Source: a virus. Taken from it: 29,900 nt of DNA. The notes below the pieces were generated by a model that searched no databases, was not told the DNA's origin, and was given only the letters and a program-made list of their open reading frames with translations. The stretch lies in IMG/VR virus record IMGVR_UViG_3300021091_000286. One strand, 5' to 3'. Every line of letters starts with the position of its first letter. The first letter of the stretch is position 1. The translations under genes and the position numbers were made by a program. This document shows, one piece after another, positions 17,946 to 26,127 of this stretch.

Positions 17946-18710
17946 ATGATTATGACAGATTTTTCTGATGATGAAATAAAAGAACTTGTTTCAATGGCTT
18001 TATCTGAGGATGGAAATAAATTTAATCCTTTAAATGGTTTACATTTAGGGTATGCAGAAAGCTCATTATTAGAAACAATGTCATCTATCTTAGAAAAATC
18101 TTTTACTAATTCTGAACTAAATCAGATTATGCAAGATTTAAGATCTGAATTAGTTTCTAAGAAATTGAATTTGACGATTAAAGACCTACATACTCAGGTC
18201 ATTAATTGTCGCAAGTGTAAAGAGTTTAAACCAAGTCCAAATCTTCCTATGTGGAATGTCAAAAATCCAGACGTAGTTTTTATTGCTGATTATCCAATCT
18301 ACAATAGAGACGTAGCTGAATTTTTCATTTCCACTTTAAAAAATGCGAATTTTTCTTCGGAGAAAGTTTGTTTAACCTATTTAAATAGGTGCCCGTACCC
18401 CAAAAGAAAGTTTGAGAATCAGGAAATAATTAATTGTTCTCCTTATTTGCATTTGGAATTACAATTAATGAATCCTAAATTAATAGTTGCTTTTGGTAGT
18501 GTTACGTCAGCTTCGTTATTAGGTTTACAGACTATTATAAAAGATTATCGTGGAAAAATTACTTGGGTAGGTTCTTGGCCAACTTTAATTACGTATTCAC
18601 CAATCAGTATAGTGAAAACTAATTCTCAACTATTGGAACATTTCGTAAGTGACATGAAATTTGCTTATAATTATGTGTATGGAAAAGAGGATAAACATGA
18701 CAACCCATAG
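17946..18710 (+). CDS. uracil-DNA glycosylase superfamily (family 4/5-like)
   Basis: CRKC ... NPDVVFIADYP ... TYLNRCPYPKRKFENQEIINCSPYLHLELQLMNPKLIVAFGSVTSASLLG; cysteine layout typical of Fe-S UDG-like enzymes. Confidence 0.75.
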   Translation: MIMTDFSDDEIKELVSMALSEDGNKFNPLNGLHLGYAESSLLETMSSILEKSFTNSELNQIMQDLRSELVSKKLNLTIKDLHTQVINCRKCKEFKPSPNLPMWNVKNPDVVFIADYPIYNRDVAEFFISTLKNANFSSEKVCLTYLNRCPYPKRKFENQEIINCSPYLHLELQLMNPKLIVAFGSVTSASLLGLQTIIKDYRGKITWVGSWPTLITYSPISIVKTNSQLLEHFVSDMKFAYNYVYGKEDKHDNP

Positions 18711-19071
18711 TGACAATCAGATTGCAACAGATGAAGAAAATATAGAAAAATTTAAATCTGTAGTTTTAAAAGACGTTAAAAATGAATCTTCTTTAGAGGA
18801 AAAAGAATACTTAATTCAGAACGCGGCATTTTGGTTGTATATTTTGCAAATTACTAGACGCGATGTTGAATTTCAATTGAGTTCTCAAAAGTCTAAAGAA
18901 AAGATTGCTTTACAAGAACTTTTAAATGGCAGTCACACAAAAGAACAAATAATTGATTATAATAAAAGAAAAGACAAATGGAGAATGAATGCCATAAAGT
19001 TTCTATCTGCTATAGAAAAGAAAACTTTATATGTCAAAATTTTAATTAAAAGTCAAAATGCAAACAAATAA
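18697..19071 (+). CDS. hypothetical protein
   Basis: ATG 18697 preceded by AAGAGG; MTTHSDNQIATDEEN... Confidence 0.6.
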   Translation: MTTHSDNQIATDEENIEKFKSVVLKDVKNESSLEEKEYLIQNAAFWLYILQITRRDVEFQLSSQKSKEKIALQELLNGSHTKEQIIDYNKRKDKWRMNAIKFLSAIEKKTLYVKILIKSQNANK

Positions 19072-19603
19072 TTTTGGTTACACTCTCAGATCTTTGTTAG
19101 ATAAAGATGTTGAATGGAATGAAGAAAAATCTTATTTTTTTCATTGTTATTTTTCAACTTATAAAGATTGGATAGTTTATAGTACAAAAATGATGGATAA
19201 AAATTTTGTTTTATATAACGCAGATAAATTCGCGTTAACAAATGGTAGAATCGTTCACCCGCAAAAAGATTCTTTTGATTTTTGGTCTGTAGAACCAGTT
19301 AATTGTTTTCGATACAAATTAACTAAAAATTTTTATTACGAAGTAGTTAAATATCCGTATGACAAATATAATGTTGAAGGCTTAATAGTAGAAGGTGCGT
19401 ATTGGTCAAACGGTTTTATTTATCACGTGAGAAACGAAGATATTGACAAGTCTTTGTATGCTGATCAAGTTTTAGAAATAAATTTATTTATTGATCATAA
19501 ATCAAAAATTAATTATGGTTATCCTGATGTGGAATTAAAATTGCATGATATAATTAACCTATACTGCCCTGGTAGCTCAGTGGATAGAGCAACGGACTTC
19601 TAA
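19058..19603 (+). CDS. hypothetical protein whose 3' end overlaps tRNA-Arg
   Basis: 181 aa; no earlier stop; TAA at 19601-19603 is inside the tRNA anticodon loop region. Confidence 0.65.
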   Translation: MQTNNFGYTLRSLLDKDVEWNEEKSYFFHCYFSTYKDWIVYSTKMMDKNFVLYNADKFALTNGRIVHPQKDSFDFWSVEPVNCFRYKLTKNFYYEVVKYPYDKYNVEGLIVEGAYWSNGFIYHVRNEDIDKSLYADQVLEINLFIDHKSKINYGYPDVELKLHDIINLYCPGSSVDRATDF

Positions 19604-19638
19604 TCCGCAGGTCGTAGGTTCGACTCCTACTCAGGGCG
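19566..19638 (+). tRNA. tRNA-Arg(UCU)
   Basis: Acceptor GCCCTGG/TCAGGGC, D-arm GCTCAGTGGATAGAGC, anticodon loop CTTCTAA, T-arm GTAGGTTCGACTCCTAC; no encoded CCA. Confidence 0.92.
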
Positions 19639-19645
19639 CATATGT

Positions 19646-19717
19646 GCCCTTGTAGCTCAGTGGCAGAGCTCCCGCCTTGTAAGCGGGTGGTCGTAGGTTC
19701 AATTCCTATCAAGGGCT
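19646..19717 (+). tRNA. tRNA-Thr(UGU)
   Basis: Acceptor GCCCTTG/CAAGGGC, anticodon stem CCCGC/GCGGG, loop CTTGTAA, T-arm GTAGGTTCAATTCCTAT. Confidence 0.92.
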
Positions 19718-19735
19718 CATAAATGGACTGGAACT

Positions 19736-19793
19736 GATGGAAACGCACTGCGTGGTGGTAGGTAGGGTCTCCTTCATGCGGTGTGTTTCCATC
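19736..19793 (+). ncRNA. 19-bp stem-loop after the tRNA pair (structured RNA or terminator)
   Basis: GATGGAAACGCA-CTGCGTG ... CATGCGG-TGTGTTTCCATC with G.U pairs, 20-nt loop GTGGTAGGTAGGGTCTCCTT, followed by TTTATTT. Confidence 0.55.
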
Positions 19794-19812
19794 TTTATTT
19801 TAAGGAGATATT

Positions 19813-20133
19813 ATGCGAGTAACCTATTCAGATAATGAAACTGTTGCACTTACGTCTGTAACTGATAGCGCTTTCATTAAAAAAATGAATTATAGTTTTA
19901 AAGCGAAAATATTGATTATACAATTTAGTTCTAAATCTATATGGGCTTATGGTGATATAGACAAAAAAATGTTTGATAGTATGTTAAAATCAGATTCTGT
20001 TGGTAGTTTTTTCAATAAAAATATAAGAAACAAAAAACGCTGTGTGCAGATTTTAAAACACACAAAAGAAGGATTAGTTCAGGTAGCTTCTTCTGAAGCT
20101 TTAATGCCCGTTAGGAAATTGGAGATAAAATAA
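19813..20133 (+). CDS. hypothetical protein
   Basis: 106 aa, SD AAGGAGATATT. Confidence 0.7.
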   Translation: MRVTYSDNETVALTSVTDSAFIKKMNYSFKAKILIIQFSSKSIWAYGDIDKKMFDSMLKSDSVGSFFNKNIRNKKRCVQILKHTKEGLVQVASSEALMPVRKLEIK

Positions 20134-20294
20134 TGGGTAAAAGAAAAAGAAGAAAAAAAAAGTTTTTTGTTGAAGATAATGAGGTTTATTATGTTTATAT
20201 GGCTACTAATGAGCAAATACAGGCCATTGCAGATCAAGTTTTTGGTATTAACAAAATTGAAAAAAATACAATTTCTCAACCAGAAGGTAATTGA
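20133..20294 (+). CDS. 53-aa basic-headed small protein
   Basis: MGKRKRRKKKFFVEDNEVYYVYMATNEQIQAIADQVFGINKIEKNTISQPEGN; coupled to the previous stop (ATAATG); absent from the track. Confidence 0.6.
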   Translation: MGKRKRRKKKFFVEDNEVYYVYMATNEQIQAIADQVFGINKIEKNTISQPEGN

Positions 20295-20311
20295 GATATA
20301 ATATATAGTAT

Positions 20312-20941
20312 ATGACTACAATAGTTGCTTATCAAGGTCTTAACTTTGCCGTTGTTGGGCACGACTCAAGAATATCATCCGTAGATGACACTGGGTTTAC
20401 TTCCCAAATATTAACTTTAGGAGATAACTCGGCTAAAGTAATGGTAAATGGAAAGTATTTGCTTGGGGCAGCAGGTGACGTAAGAGCAATCAATATTTTG
20501 CATCATTCTTTTACGCCTCCTCCTCCCACCACAAATATGGTTGGTATGAAGTTAGATAAATTTTTTACTAATACTTTTATTCCAGCTTTGAGAGAATGTT
20601 TTGAAAAGCAAGGTTATGCTGTTCCAGATACCGATGATAAAAAGCATATTGCAGAGCAGGGGTCAACAATACTCGTTGTTGTGAATGGAGTAATCTATGT
20701 TGTTGACGAGGATTACTCATGGGCTTCAGATATAAATGGTTTATACGCGCTAGGTAGTGGATCAAGCTACGCGTTAGGCGCTATGCATATGAAAACTTCC
20801 GGTAGGAAAAAGAGCTTGGGTATTCATACTGCTAAAACCTTAGTTTTGAGTGCCCTATCAGTTGCATCTAAATTTGATCCTCATACAGGACCGCCTTTTA
20901 AAACTGTTGTTCAAGATTTTACTAAAAAAATTAAAAAATGA
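20312..20941 (+). CDS. Ntn-hydrolase, proteasome beta / HslV-like peptidase
   Basis: Starts M|TTIVAYQG-LNFAVVGHDSRIS (Thr1 after Met, Asp17), SAKVMVNGKYLLGAAGD (Lys33-equivalent region and beta-strand), GLYALGSGSSYALGAM (Ser129-region), ASKFDPHTGPPF near the C-terminus. Confidence 0.88.
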   Translation: MTTIVAYQGLNFAVVGHDSRISSVDDTGFTSQILTLGDNSAKVMVNGKYLLGAAGDVRAINILHHSFTPPPPTTNMVGMKLDKFFTNTFIPALRECFEKQGYAVPDTDDKKHIAEQGSTILVVVNGVIYVVDEDYSWASDINGLYALGSGSSYALGAMHMKTSGRKKSLGIHTAKTLVLSALSVASKFDPHTGPPFKTVVQDFTKKIKK

Positions 20942-21045
20942 TAGTTCAAGCAGTATTGGCTTTTATCATTTTAAGCATAAGTGCATTTATGTTGTATATT
21001 ATTTTAGATAACGCAGAAAAAACGAGAAAAGATGATCAAAAATAG
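20938..21045 (+). CDS. 35-aa single-TM peptide MIVQAVLAFIILSISAFMLYIILDNAEKTRKDDQK
   Basis: ATGA overlap with the proteasome-like gene stop and overlap with the next CDS start at 21032. Confidence 0.5.
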   Translation: MIVQAVLAFIILSISAFMLYIILDNAEKTRKDDQK

Positions 21046-21589
21046 TTATCAATTATCTAATTATACTCCTAATTTAAATAGTGATGATTTGGACAAATGG
21101 TATAAAGAAGAATTTAAAATCATTGCTAATTCTTTTTGTAATGGTGATTTATTTGCTATCAGATATAATCCTAATGCTCAAAATGCTCAAAACTATTTAT
21201 GCGAATATGAGAGAGCATTACATGTATTAAAGCATAATGGTTTTAGCGCTTTTAAATCTTATTCTATACATCCAATTGTTGCTGAAGATGTTAAAAAAAT
21301 GTATCAAGAACAATTTCCAGAGATAAAATTGGAAAGTGAATTGATTGCTAAAAAAGGTGAACGCAAACAGAAATATGCTTTAGCAGAAAATTGGTGCAAA
21401 GAAAACGTAGGTAAAAAAGTTACTGTTAAAAGTATAATGAAGATAACAAAATGGTCTTATCCAACTGCCAATAATTTTGTACGATCAAGACCAAATGTGT
21501 TTGAAAAAATTGCAAAGGGTGTATACATTATAACAAATGCCAATAGCAACGCAACTAATAGGCGCGCTAAAAATGCAAACAAAAAATAA
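21032..21589 (+). CDS. putative HTH-containing DNA-binding protein
   Basis: 185 aa; C-terminal VTVKSIMKITKWSYPTANNFVRSRPNVFEKIAKGVYIIT looks like a helix-turn-helix. Confidence 0.5.
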   Translation: MIKNSYQLSNYTPNLNSDDLDKWYKEEFKIIANSFCNGDLFAIRYNPNAQNAQNYLCEYERALHVLKHNGFSAFKSYSIHPIVAEDVKKMYQEQFPEIKLESELIAKKGERKQKYALAENWCKENVGKKVTVKSIMKITKWSYPTANNFVRSRPNVFEKIAKGVYIITNANSNATNRRAKNANKK

Positions 21590-21737
21590 TTTAAAATGTT
21601 TTAGTTGTAAAGAAAAATCAAAAGAAGTTATAAAAATTAAAGGTGCAATAGCTGATTCTCTTGATAAATCTTTAAAAGATAAAAATTTATGTTTTAGTTG
21701 TATTTATAAATTTTGGTTAAAAAATAGTGATGGATGA
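21537..21737 (+). CDS. small protein with CFSC...CFSC zinc pairs
   Basis: Probable start at in-frame ATG near 21570 (MQTKNNLKCFSCKEKS). Confidence 0.5.
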   Translation: MPIATQLIGALKMQTKNNLKCFSCKEKSKEVIKIKGAIADSLDKSLKDKNLCFSCIYKFWLKNSDG

Positions 21738-21748
21738 AAGGCTATAAC

Positions 21749-22048
21749 ATGACAAGCAGAGATACTCATGATATAGAAGAATACGAACGCGAACAAAAAA
21801 CAACAAATCGCGAACAAAAAACAACAAATGTTCAGCCAGCATTAATGGTTAAATTGATGATGGAGTCTGAACCTTGTTTGTTTGCAAACAAAAGCCAACC
21901 TGCAGTTATTCCATATCGAATGCCACATAACTTAATGGTAATTAGAGATAAAATGCTCGACATTAGTCGGTGGCATGCGCAATTACAAATTTCTTTTGAA
22001 AGATGTTTACTTAGAGAGTCACTTAATTTGACTGTTGCGAGTGCGTAA
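21749..22048 (+). CDS. hypothetical protein with short tandem repeat
   Basis: MTSRDTHDIEEYEREQKTTNREQKTTNVQPA; ATG 21749 preceded by AAAGG. Confidence 0.5.
   Translation: MTSRDTHDIEEYEREQKTTNREQKTTNVQPALMVKLMMESEPCLFANKSQPAVIPYRMPHNLMVIRDKMLDISRWHAQLQISFERCLLRESLNLTVASA
21788..21829 (+). repeat. perfect 21-bp tandem duplication (CGCGAACAAAAAACAACAAAT)x2
   Basis: Read directly; encodes REQKTTN twice. Confidence 0.9.
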
Positions 22049-22161
22049 TGGTTAAATTAAATCTAAGTAAAGAGAAAATAAAAGATTTTTTTATAAGTGT
22101 ATTTTATATCTTGAAAGTAATCGTGATGTTCATTACAATATTAGCTAATCCATCGGTGTAA
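22048..22161 (+). CDS. 37-aa single-TM peptide
   Basis: MVKLNLSKEKIKDFFISVFYILKVIVMFITILANPSV; coupled start (TAATG). Confidence 0.4.
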   Translation: MVKLNLSKEKIKDFFISVFYILKVIVMFITILANPSV

Positions 22162-22165
22162 CATT

Positions 22166-22456
22166 ATGCACGCACTACCTATTTGGGATGATAAGAACGA
22201 CAAAATTATTTGTTCAACTCCTTTAAAAACAATGTCTAAGCAAAATATTCATGATGTATTAGATACCATTGATATATCAATGAAAATAAATGCGTTGAAG
22301 AAAGCTTTAAGCCAATACTCTTCAGTTGGCAACCAAATGAAAAAGTTAAAATATTATCAATTAAAAAAAGATCTTGAATTAATAACACAATCAAATCTCA
22401 ATTCTTCAATATCTATAAATGAATATGTGAATGAACAGGAGGAGTTACCTTTCTAA
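22166..22456 (+). CDS. hypothetical protein
   Basis: 96-aa ORF. Confidence 0.6.
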   Translation: MHALPIWDDKNDKIICSTPLKTMSKQNIHDVLDTIDISMKINALKKALSQYSSVGNQMKKLKYYQLKKDLELITQSNLNSSISINEYVNEQEELPF

Positions 22457-22692
22457 TGTATAATTTAATAAACTTCAATTTACACAATTCTTCAAATAAC
22501 CCTATACATATTCATGTGCATTTTCCTGACAAAGAAAATTTAAATAAATCATTCTTTGATAATTTAAATGTTCTTTTGGAAGATTTAGAAGAAACCAATA
22601 AGGATGATGCAAACATTTCAATAGATGATAAATATATAGATACTTTTGTAGATAAGGATGGAGTAAGTTGGGATAATTATCCAGATGACTAA
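22456..22692 (+). CDS. hypothetical protein
   Basis: 78-aa ORF. Confidence 0.55.
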   Translation: MYNLINFNLHNSSNNPIHIHVHFPDKENLNKSFFDNLNVLLEDLEETNKDDANISIDDKYIDTFVDKDGVSWDNYPDD

Positions 22693-22849
22693 ATCTAAAA
22701 TAAAAACTCTTAAAGTGAAATCACAATGGGTGTGTCCTTCTTGCGAAAAAAGTTTAATTGTTTTTGTAGATATTAAATATCCTCCAGTATGCACAAACAA
22801 AGATCGACATTCTACAAAAGATATTGAAATGCAGAAAGTTTTGCCATGA
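22685..22849 (+). CDS. 54-aa zinc-ribbon-like small protein
   Basis: MTKSKIKTLKVKSQWVCPSCEKSLIVFVDIKYPPVCTNKDRH...; overlaps previous stop; not in track. Confidence 0.5.
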   Translation: MTKSKIKTLKVKSQWVCPSCEKSLIVFVDIKYPPVCTNKDRHSTKDIEMQKVLP

Positions 22850-22955
22850 AGTTAACATCTTTGAATGTCAATTTGATATAGTTAGTTTTTTAACGCATAC
22901 AAAGAAAATACGTGATATAATTGTTGGAATATAATCAAAAAGAAAAGGGATTAAT

Positions 22956-23357
22956 ATGTCAAATAAATTAAATCCATGGATATACAATGCAGAAGTTAAA
23001 AAAGTAGTTGATGGTGACACATTTGATATTGTCATTGATCTTGGTTTTGATACTCTTAGAAAAGGTAGAGTTCGCCTTTATGGGGTTAATACGCCAGAAA
23101 GCCGAACAAAAGATGTAGCTGAAAAACAAAAAGGATTAGCTGCAAAAGAGTTCACTGACCAATGGCTTACTCGCGCAAATTATAAAGTTAAAATAGAAAC
23201 TTTTTTAGATAAAAATGAAAAATATGGTAGAATATTAGCCAAGGTTTGGAACGAGGGTGGCAACTGTCTCAATACCGATATTGTGGCCGCAGGTCTTGCG
23301 AGAGAATACTATGGTGTAGGAGACAAAACTTGGACAGAGTTCAAGAAAAATGACTAA
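22956..23357 (+). CDS. thermonuclease / staphylococcal nuclease-like protein
   Basis: VVDGDTFDIVIDLGFDTLRKGRVRLYGVNTPESR ... EKYGRILAKVW ... AAGLAREYYG. Confidence 0.93.
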   Translation: MSNKLNPWIYNAEVKKVVDGDTFDIVIDLGFDTLRKGRVRLYGVNTPESRTKDVAEKQKGLAAKEFTDQWLTRANYKVKIETFLDKNEKYGRILAKVWNEGGNCLNTDIVAAGLAREYYGVGDKTWTEFKKND

Positions 23358-23703
23358 AGAAAGCACAAAAAAATTATGTTTGAATCAATTTTAATAGAAA
23401 TGAGAATGTTGCATTGGCTCGGTGAAGAAAGGGCCAGAAAATCACACAGTTCAAAGTCATTGAAAAAGAACTGGGAATATTATATCCAATTTTTGCAGGT
23501 TTCTTAAGTAGTTCTTTTTTAGAAACCATCTTAGATCGCGGCTAATTTGCCATCATTTATGTAATTTGTCATCAATTACTTTAAAAATCTATATAGGTAA
23601 AAAGTGAAAAAAATTTTAAAGGGCTAAAACGATTTTAAACACTTTTTTGAATTTTGAAAAATTACATTTTTATGATACTATTACAGTATAATAGGAGGCA
23701 ATT

Positions 23704-24102
23704 ATGTCAGCTGAGCAGCGCAATCCCTTTGCTTTAAAAAATGCAGACAGGTTCGCCCTCGACTTCGAAACCGAAAGTGCTGCTGAATTCAGGGATAAAA
23801 GAAAAGCTATACGAATGGCCCAAGGAATAACTGATATAGAAGATATTCCTCAAGAAGAATACGATGCCTTACTTAAAAGAAATCAAGAACTTAAACTGCT
23901 TAAAGAGTCTGATCCCGTACAATTTGAAAACTTAATGTATCCAAAAGTTGCAGCTCCCAATGCAGCTGATGAGATAGTTTATGCCATTCACTCCGGTGCA
24001 CCAGAATTACATGGCGGAATTATAGATCCTGGCTTTACAAAGGGAGGCACAGATCCTGCTTATACCGCGCGTGGACGGTGGCGATACAAAAGGGGCCAAT
24101 AG
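23704..24102 (+). CDS. N-terminal part of a probable frameshifted ART-like gene
   Basis: 132 aa, SD TAGGAGGCAATT, ends GGTDPAYTARGRWRYKRGQ* within the overlap with the +1 frame. Confidence 0.55.
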   Translation: MSAEQRNPFALKNADRFALDFETESAAEFRDKRKAIRMAQGITDIEDIPQEEYDALLKRNQELKLLKESDPVQFENLMYPKVAAPNAADEIVYAIHSGAPELHGGIIDPGFTKGGTDPAYTARGRWRYKRGQ

Positions 24103-25582
24103 AGGAAAGGCGCAAGAGTTAAGGCAGCGTGTAGCAACACAAGAATTATTTGAAAAAAGTCGCAAACAATATGAAAGAATGCTAGATGTTATAACCAAAC
24201 CTGAAAACAAAATTAGAGCAGATTATAGGGCTCCATTTGTTTACGAAGATGCAGAGTTCATTTCTGCATCAAGACCTTCTGCTGGCATTCATGAAGGCTA
24301 TTTTGGAAGAGCCGCCTGGAATAACGAGTGGACTGCTAATAAAACAATTTTTCAAGCAGCTGAACTAGCAGAAGACTTAAGTGCCTCTACTGGTGGTAGA
24401 GGGACGCTCCATATTTTTAGAGGAATAGAAAATTATACAATAGATGCAACAGGTTTACTTGGAGCAGATTATGGAGAAACAGCACTTCTGGGAAAACATA
24501 AGCCAATAGCAGGATTATCTGGATATAAAAAAGAACTAAGAGCTCCAGGCTTCCATCTTGACTACTTGGACAAAGAGGGAATAGCACCTAGAGTCAGTAG
24601 AGCTGTTGAGGATATAGATTTAGCCTTTACAGAAAAAGTCTTAAAAGAAGACGTTGAAAAAATAAAAGCTGGACTTATACCCGAAAGAGAATTATATGGA
24701 TTAACTTTGGCTGAAAGAAATCCTGCAGTTGGGCAGTCGGGAGGCCCGTCTTTGGAAGATATTAGGGCAAGATTTAAAGGTAGTAGTGGACTAGAGGCCA
24801 CAGAACCTTCTCAAGCTGGGTTGGAATTTTTAGAAAAAGAAAAAATAAGAGTTGAAGCTGAGAATAAAGCTATAAAAATAGAAAATGATTTAGCAAGGCC
24901 CGCAACAAGAGAAGCAATAGAAAAAGAAGGATATCTTTATCACTTTGCTCCGAACAGGTACGCTGAGAATATCGCCGAAAAAGGACTAGCATCCAATAAA
25001 GACCCACGCGCGGCACAAGGTCCTGGAAAAATATTTTATTGGACAGACCCCTCTCGTGCCAACACCGGTGCTTTTGCTCCTGATATAGGAGATAATGGCG
25101 GTTTAAATCTTTATAGAACAAAAGTTACTCCAGAAATGTTAGATTCATTTCAAATGGATCCTAAAATTAACCTCAGAAAAGATGGAATTGCAAGATCGGT
25201 TTTTTTTGAAGCCGACAGTTTTCCAGCTGAAAAAATTGGAATAGGAGAAGTTGATGAAAGTACTGGTAAAATTAGAATAAAATATGACTCGCTAGAGAAT
25301 GTTAAACAAGGCTTAAAAGTTGGACAAAAAACCTCCTTACAAACCGAATTTAAGGCAAACAAAATAGTCCGCAGGCCAAATGCCGTTCCTGTTATATCTA
25401 GATCTGAAGCTGGAATTGAAGTGTCTGAATTTTTGAATAGTGCTGGCAGAGCTAGGGCTACAATGGATTTATTGCGCGCCGGTAGCGAAACATCTGCTGC
25501 CGTAACCAAGGGGAAAAGGGGGGCTGGAGCATTGAGAAATGCTGCTTTAGCTGCTAACATTTTACGTAATAGGTTTGGATAA
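24071..25582 (+). CDS. ADP-ribosyltransferase-like / large phage accessory protein, likely continuation of the upstream ORF
   Basis: EGYLYHFAPNRYAENIAEKGLASN...GPGKIFYWTDPSRANTGAFAP ... ARSVFFEADSFPAEKI resembles ART-fold toxin/effector patterns; begins GTG with no SD. Confidence 0.45.
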   Translation: MDGGDTKGANRGKAQELRQRVATQELFEKSRKQYERMLDVITKPENKIRADYRAPFVYEDAEFISASRPSAGIHEGYFGRAAWNNEWTANKTIFQAAELAEDLSASTGGRGTLHIFRGIENYTIDATGLLGADYGETALLGKHKPIAGLSGYKKELRAPGFHLDYLDKEGIAPRVSRAVEDIDLAFTEKVLKEDVEKIKAGLIPERELYGLTLAERNPAVGQSGGPSLEDIRARFKGSSGLEATEPSQAGLEFLEKEKIRVEAENKAIKIENDLARPATREAIEKEGYLYHFAPNRYAENIAEKGLASNKDPRAAQGPGKIFYWTDPSRANTGAFAPDIGDNGGLNLYRTKVTPEMLDSFQMDPKINLRKDGIARSVFFEADSFPAEKIGIGEVDESTGKIRIKYDSLENVKQGLKVGQKTSLQTEFKANKIVRRPNAVPVISRSEAGIEVSEFLNSAGRARATMDLLRAGSETSAAVTKGKRGAGALRNAALAANILRNRFG

Positions 25583-25583
25583 T

Positions 25584-25877
25584 TTATATATTAATTTTTT
25601 TAATTTCTTTTTTAGTAGGACTAATCCAAGTCATAGAGACTAGTTTATTTTGAACAAAATGTAAATCAATCTCTACAAAAACTGATTTTGCGTTTTCTGC
25701 CCAGCAAACATCGTCAGTAAAATATACTACAGCACAAATGCTTATAGTTCTGTCTATAGTAATTCGCTTGTTTGATTTAAAATCAATCCCAGAATAATAC
25801 AAATAACCATCTGAACACAAAAAATAATTTTCTAAATAATTATCAAAGTCTTTTGTTTGAAATCCGATTTCTTTCAA
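25584..25877 (-). CDS. hypothetical protein
   Basis: 97-aa ORF on minus strand, convergent with the ART-like gene. Confidence 0.55.
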   Translation of the reverse strand: MKEIGFQTKDFDNYLENYFLCSDGYLYYSGIDFKSNKRITIDRTISICAVVYFTDDVCWAENAKSVFVEIDLHFVQNKLVSMTWISPTKKEIKKINI

Positions 25878-25988
25878 ATGAAGCTTTAAAATATTTTTGC
25901 AGGCTTTGAGGAATATAGTTTGGTATTTTAATATCAGTTAAAACTTCTAAATTGTCAAACAATCCCATATATTATACCTTTTTATTTT

Positions 25989-26063
<75 letters not shown>

Positions 26064-26127
26064 GTGATTGTACACACTATATTACTACACCTGAATCACT
26101 TTCACATGCCCAAATTGGTTATATATT

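Noticed and set aside
19554-19748. Minus-strand 64-aa ORF (GIEPTTTRLQGG...ALSRSRTYDLRIRSP)
   Set aside because: It is the antisense translation of the tRNA-Arg/tRNA-Thr genes, a common spurious ORF.
21788-21829. CRISPR-like repeat
   Set aside because: Only two adjacent 21-bp units with no spacers, inside a coding frame; a simple tandem duplication. No CRISPR array or cas gene was seen anywhere.
23376-23507. 43-aa ORF MFESILIEMRMLHWLGEERARKSHSSKSLKKNWEYYIQFLQVS after the nuclease gene
   Set aside because: Weak signals; it could be a degraded or very small gene, but nothing supports a confident call.
24562-25560. Minus-strand ORFs of 79, 83 and 136 aa opposite the ART-like gene
   Set aside because: Antisense by-products of the open plus-strand frame.
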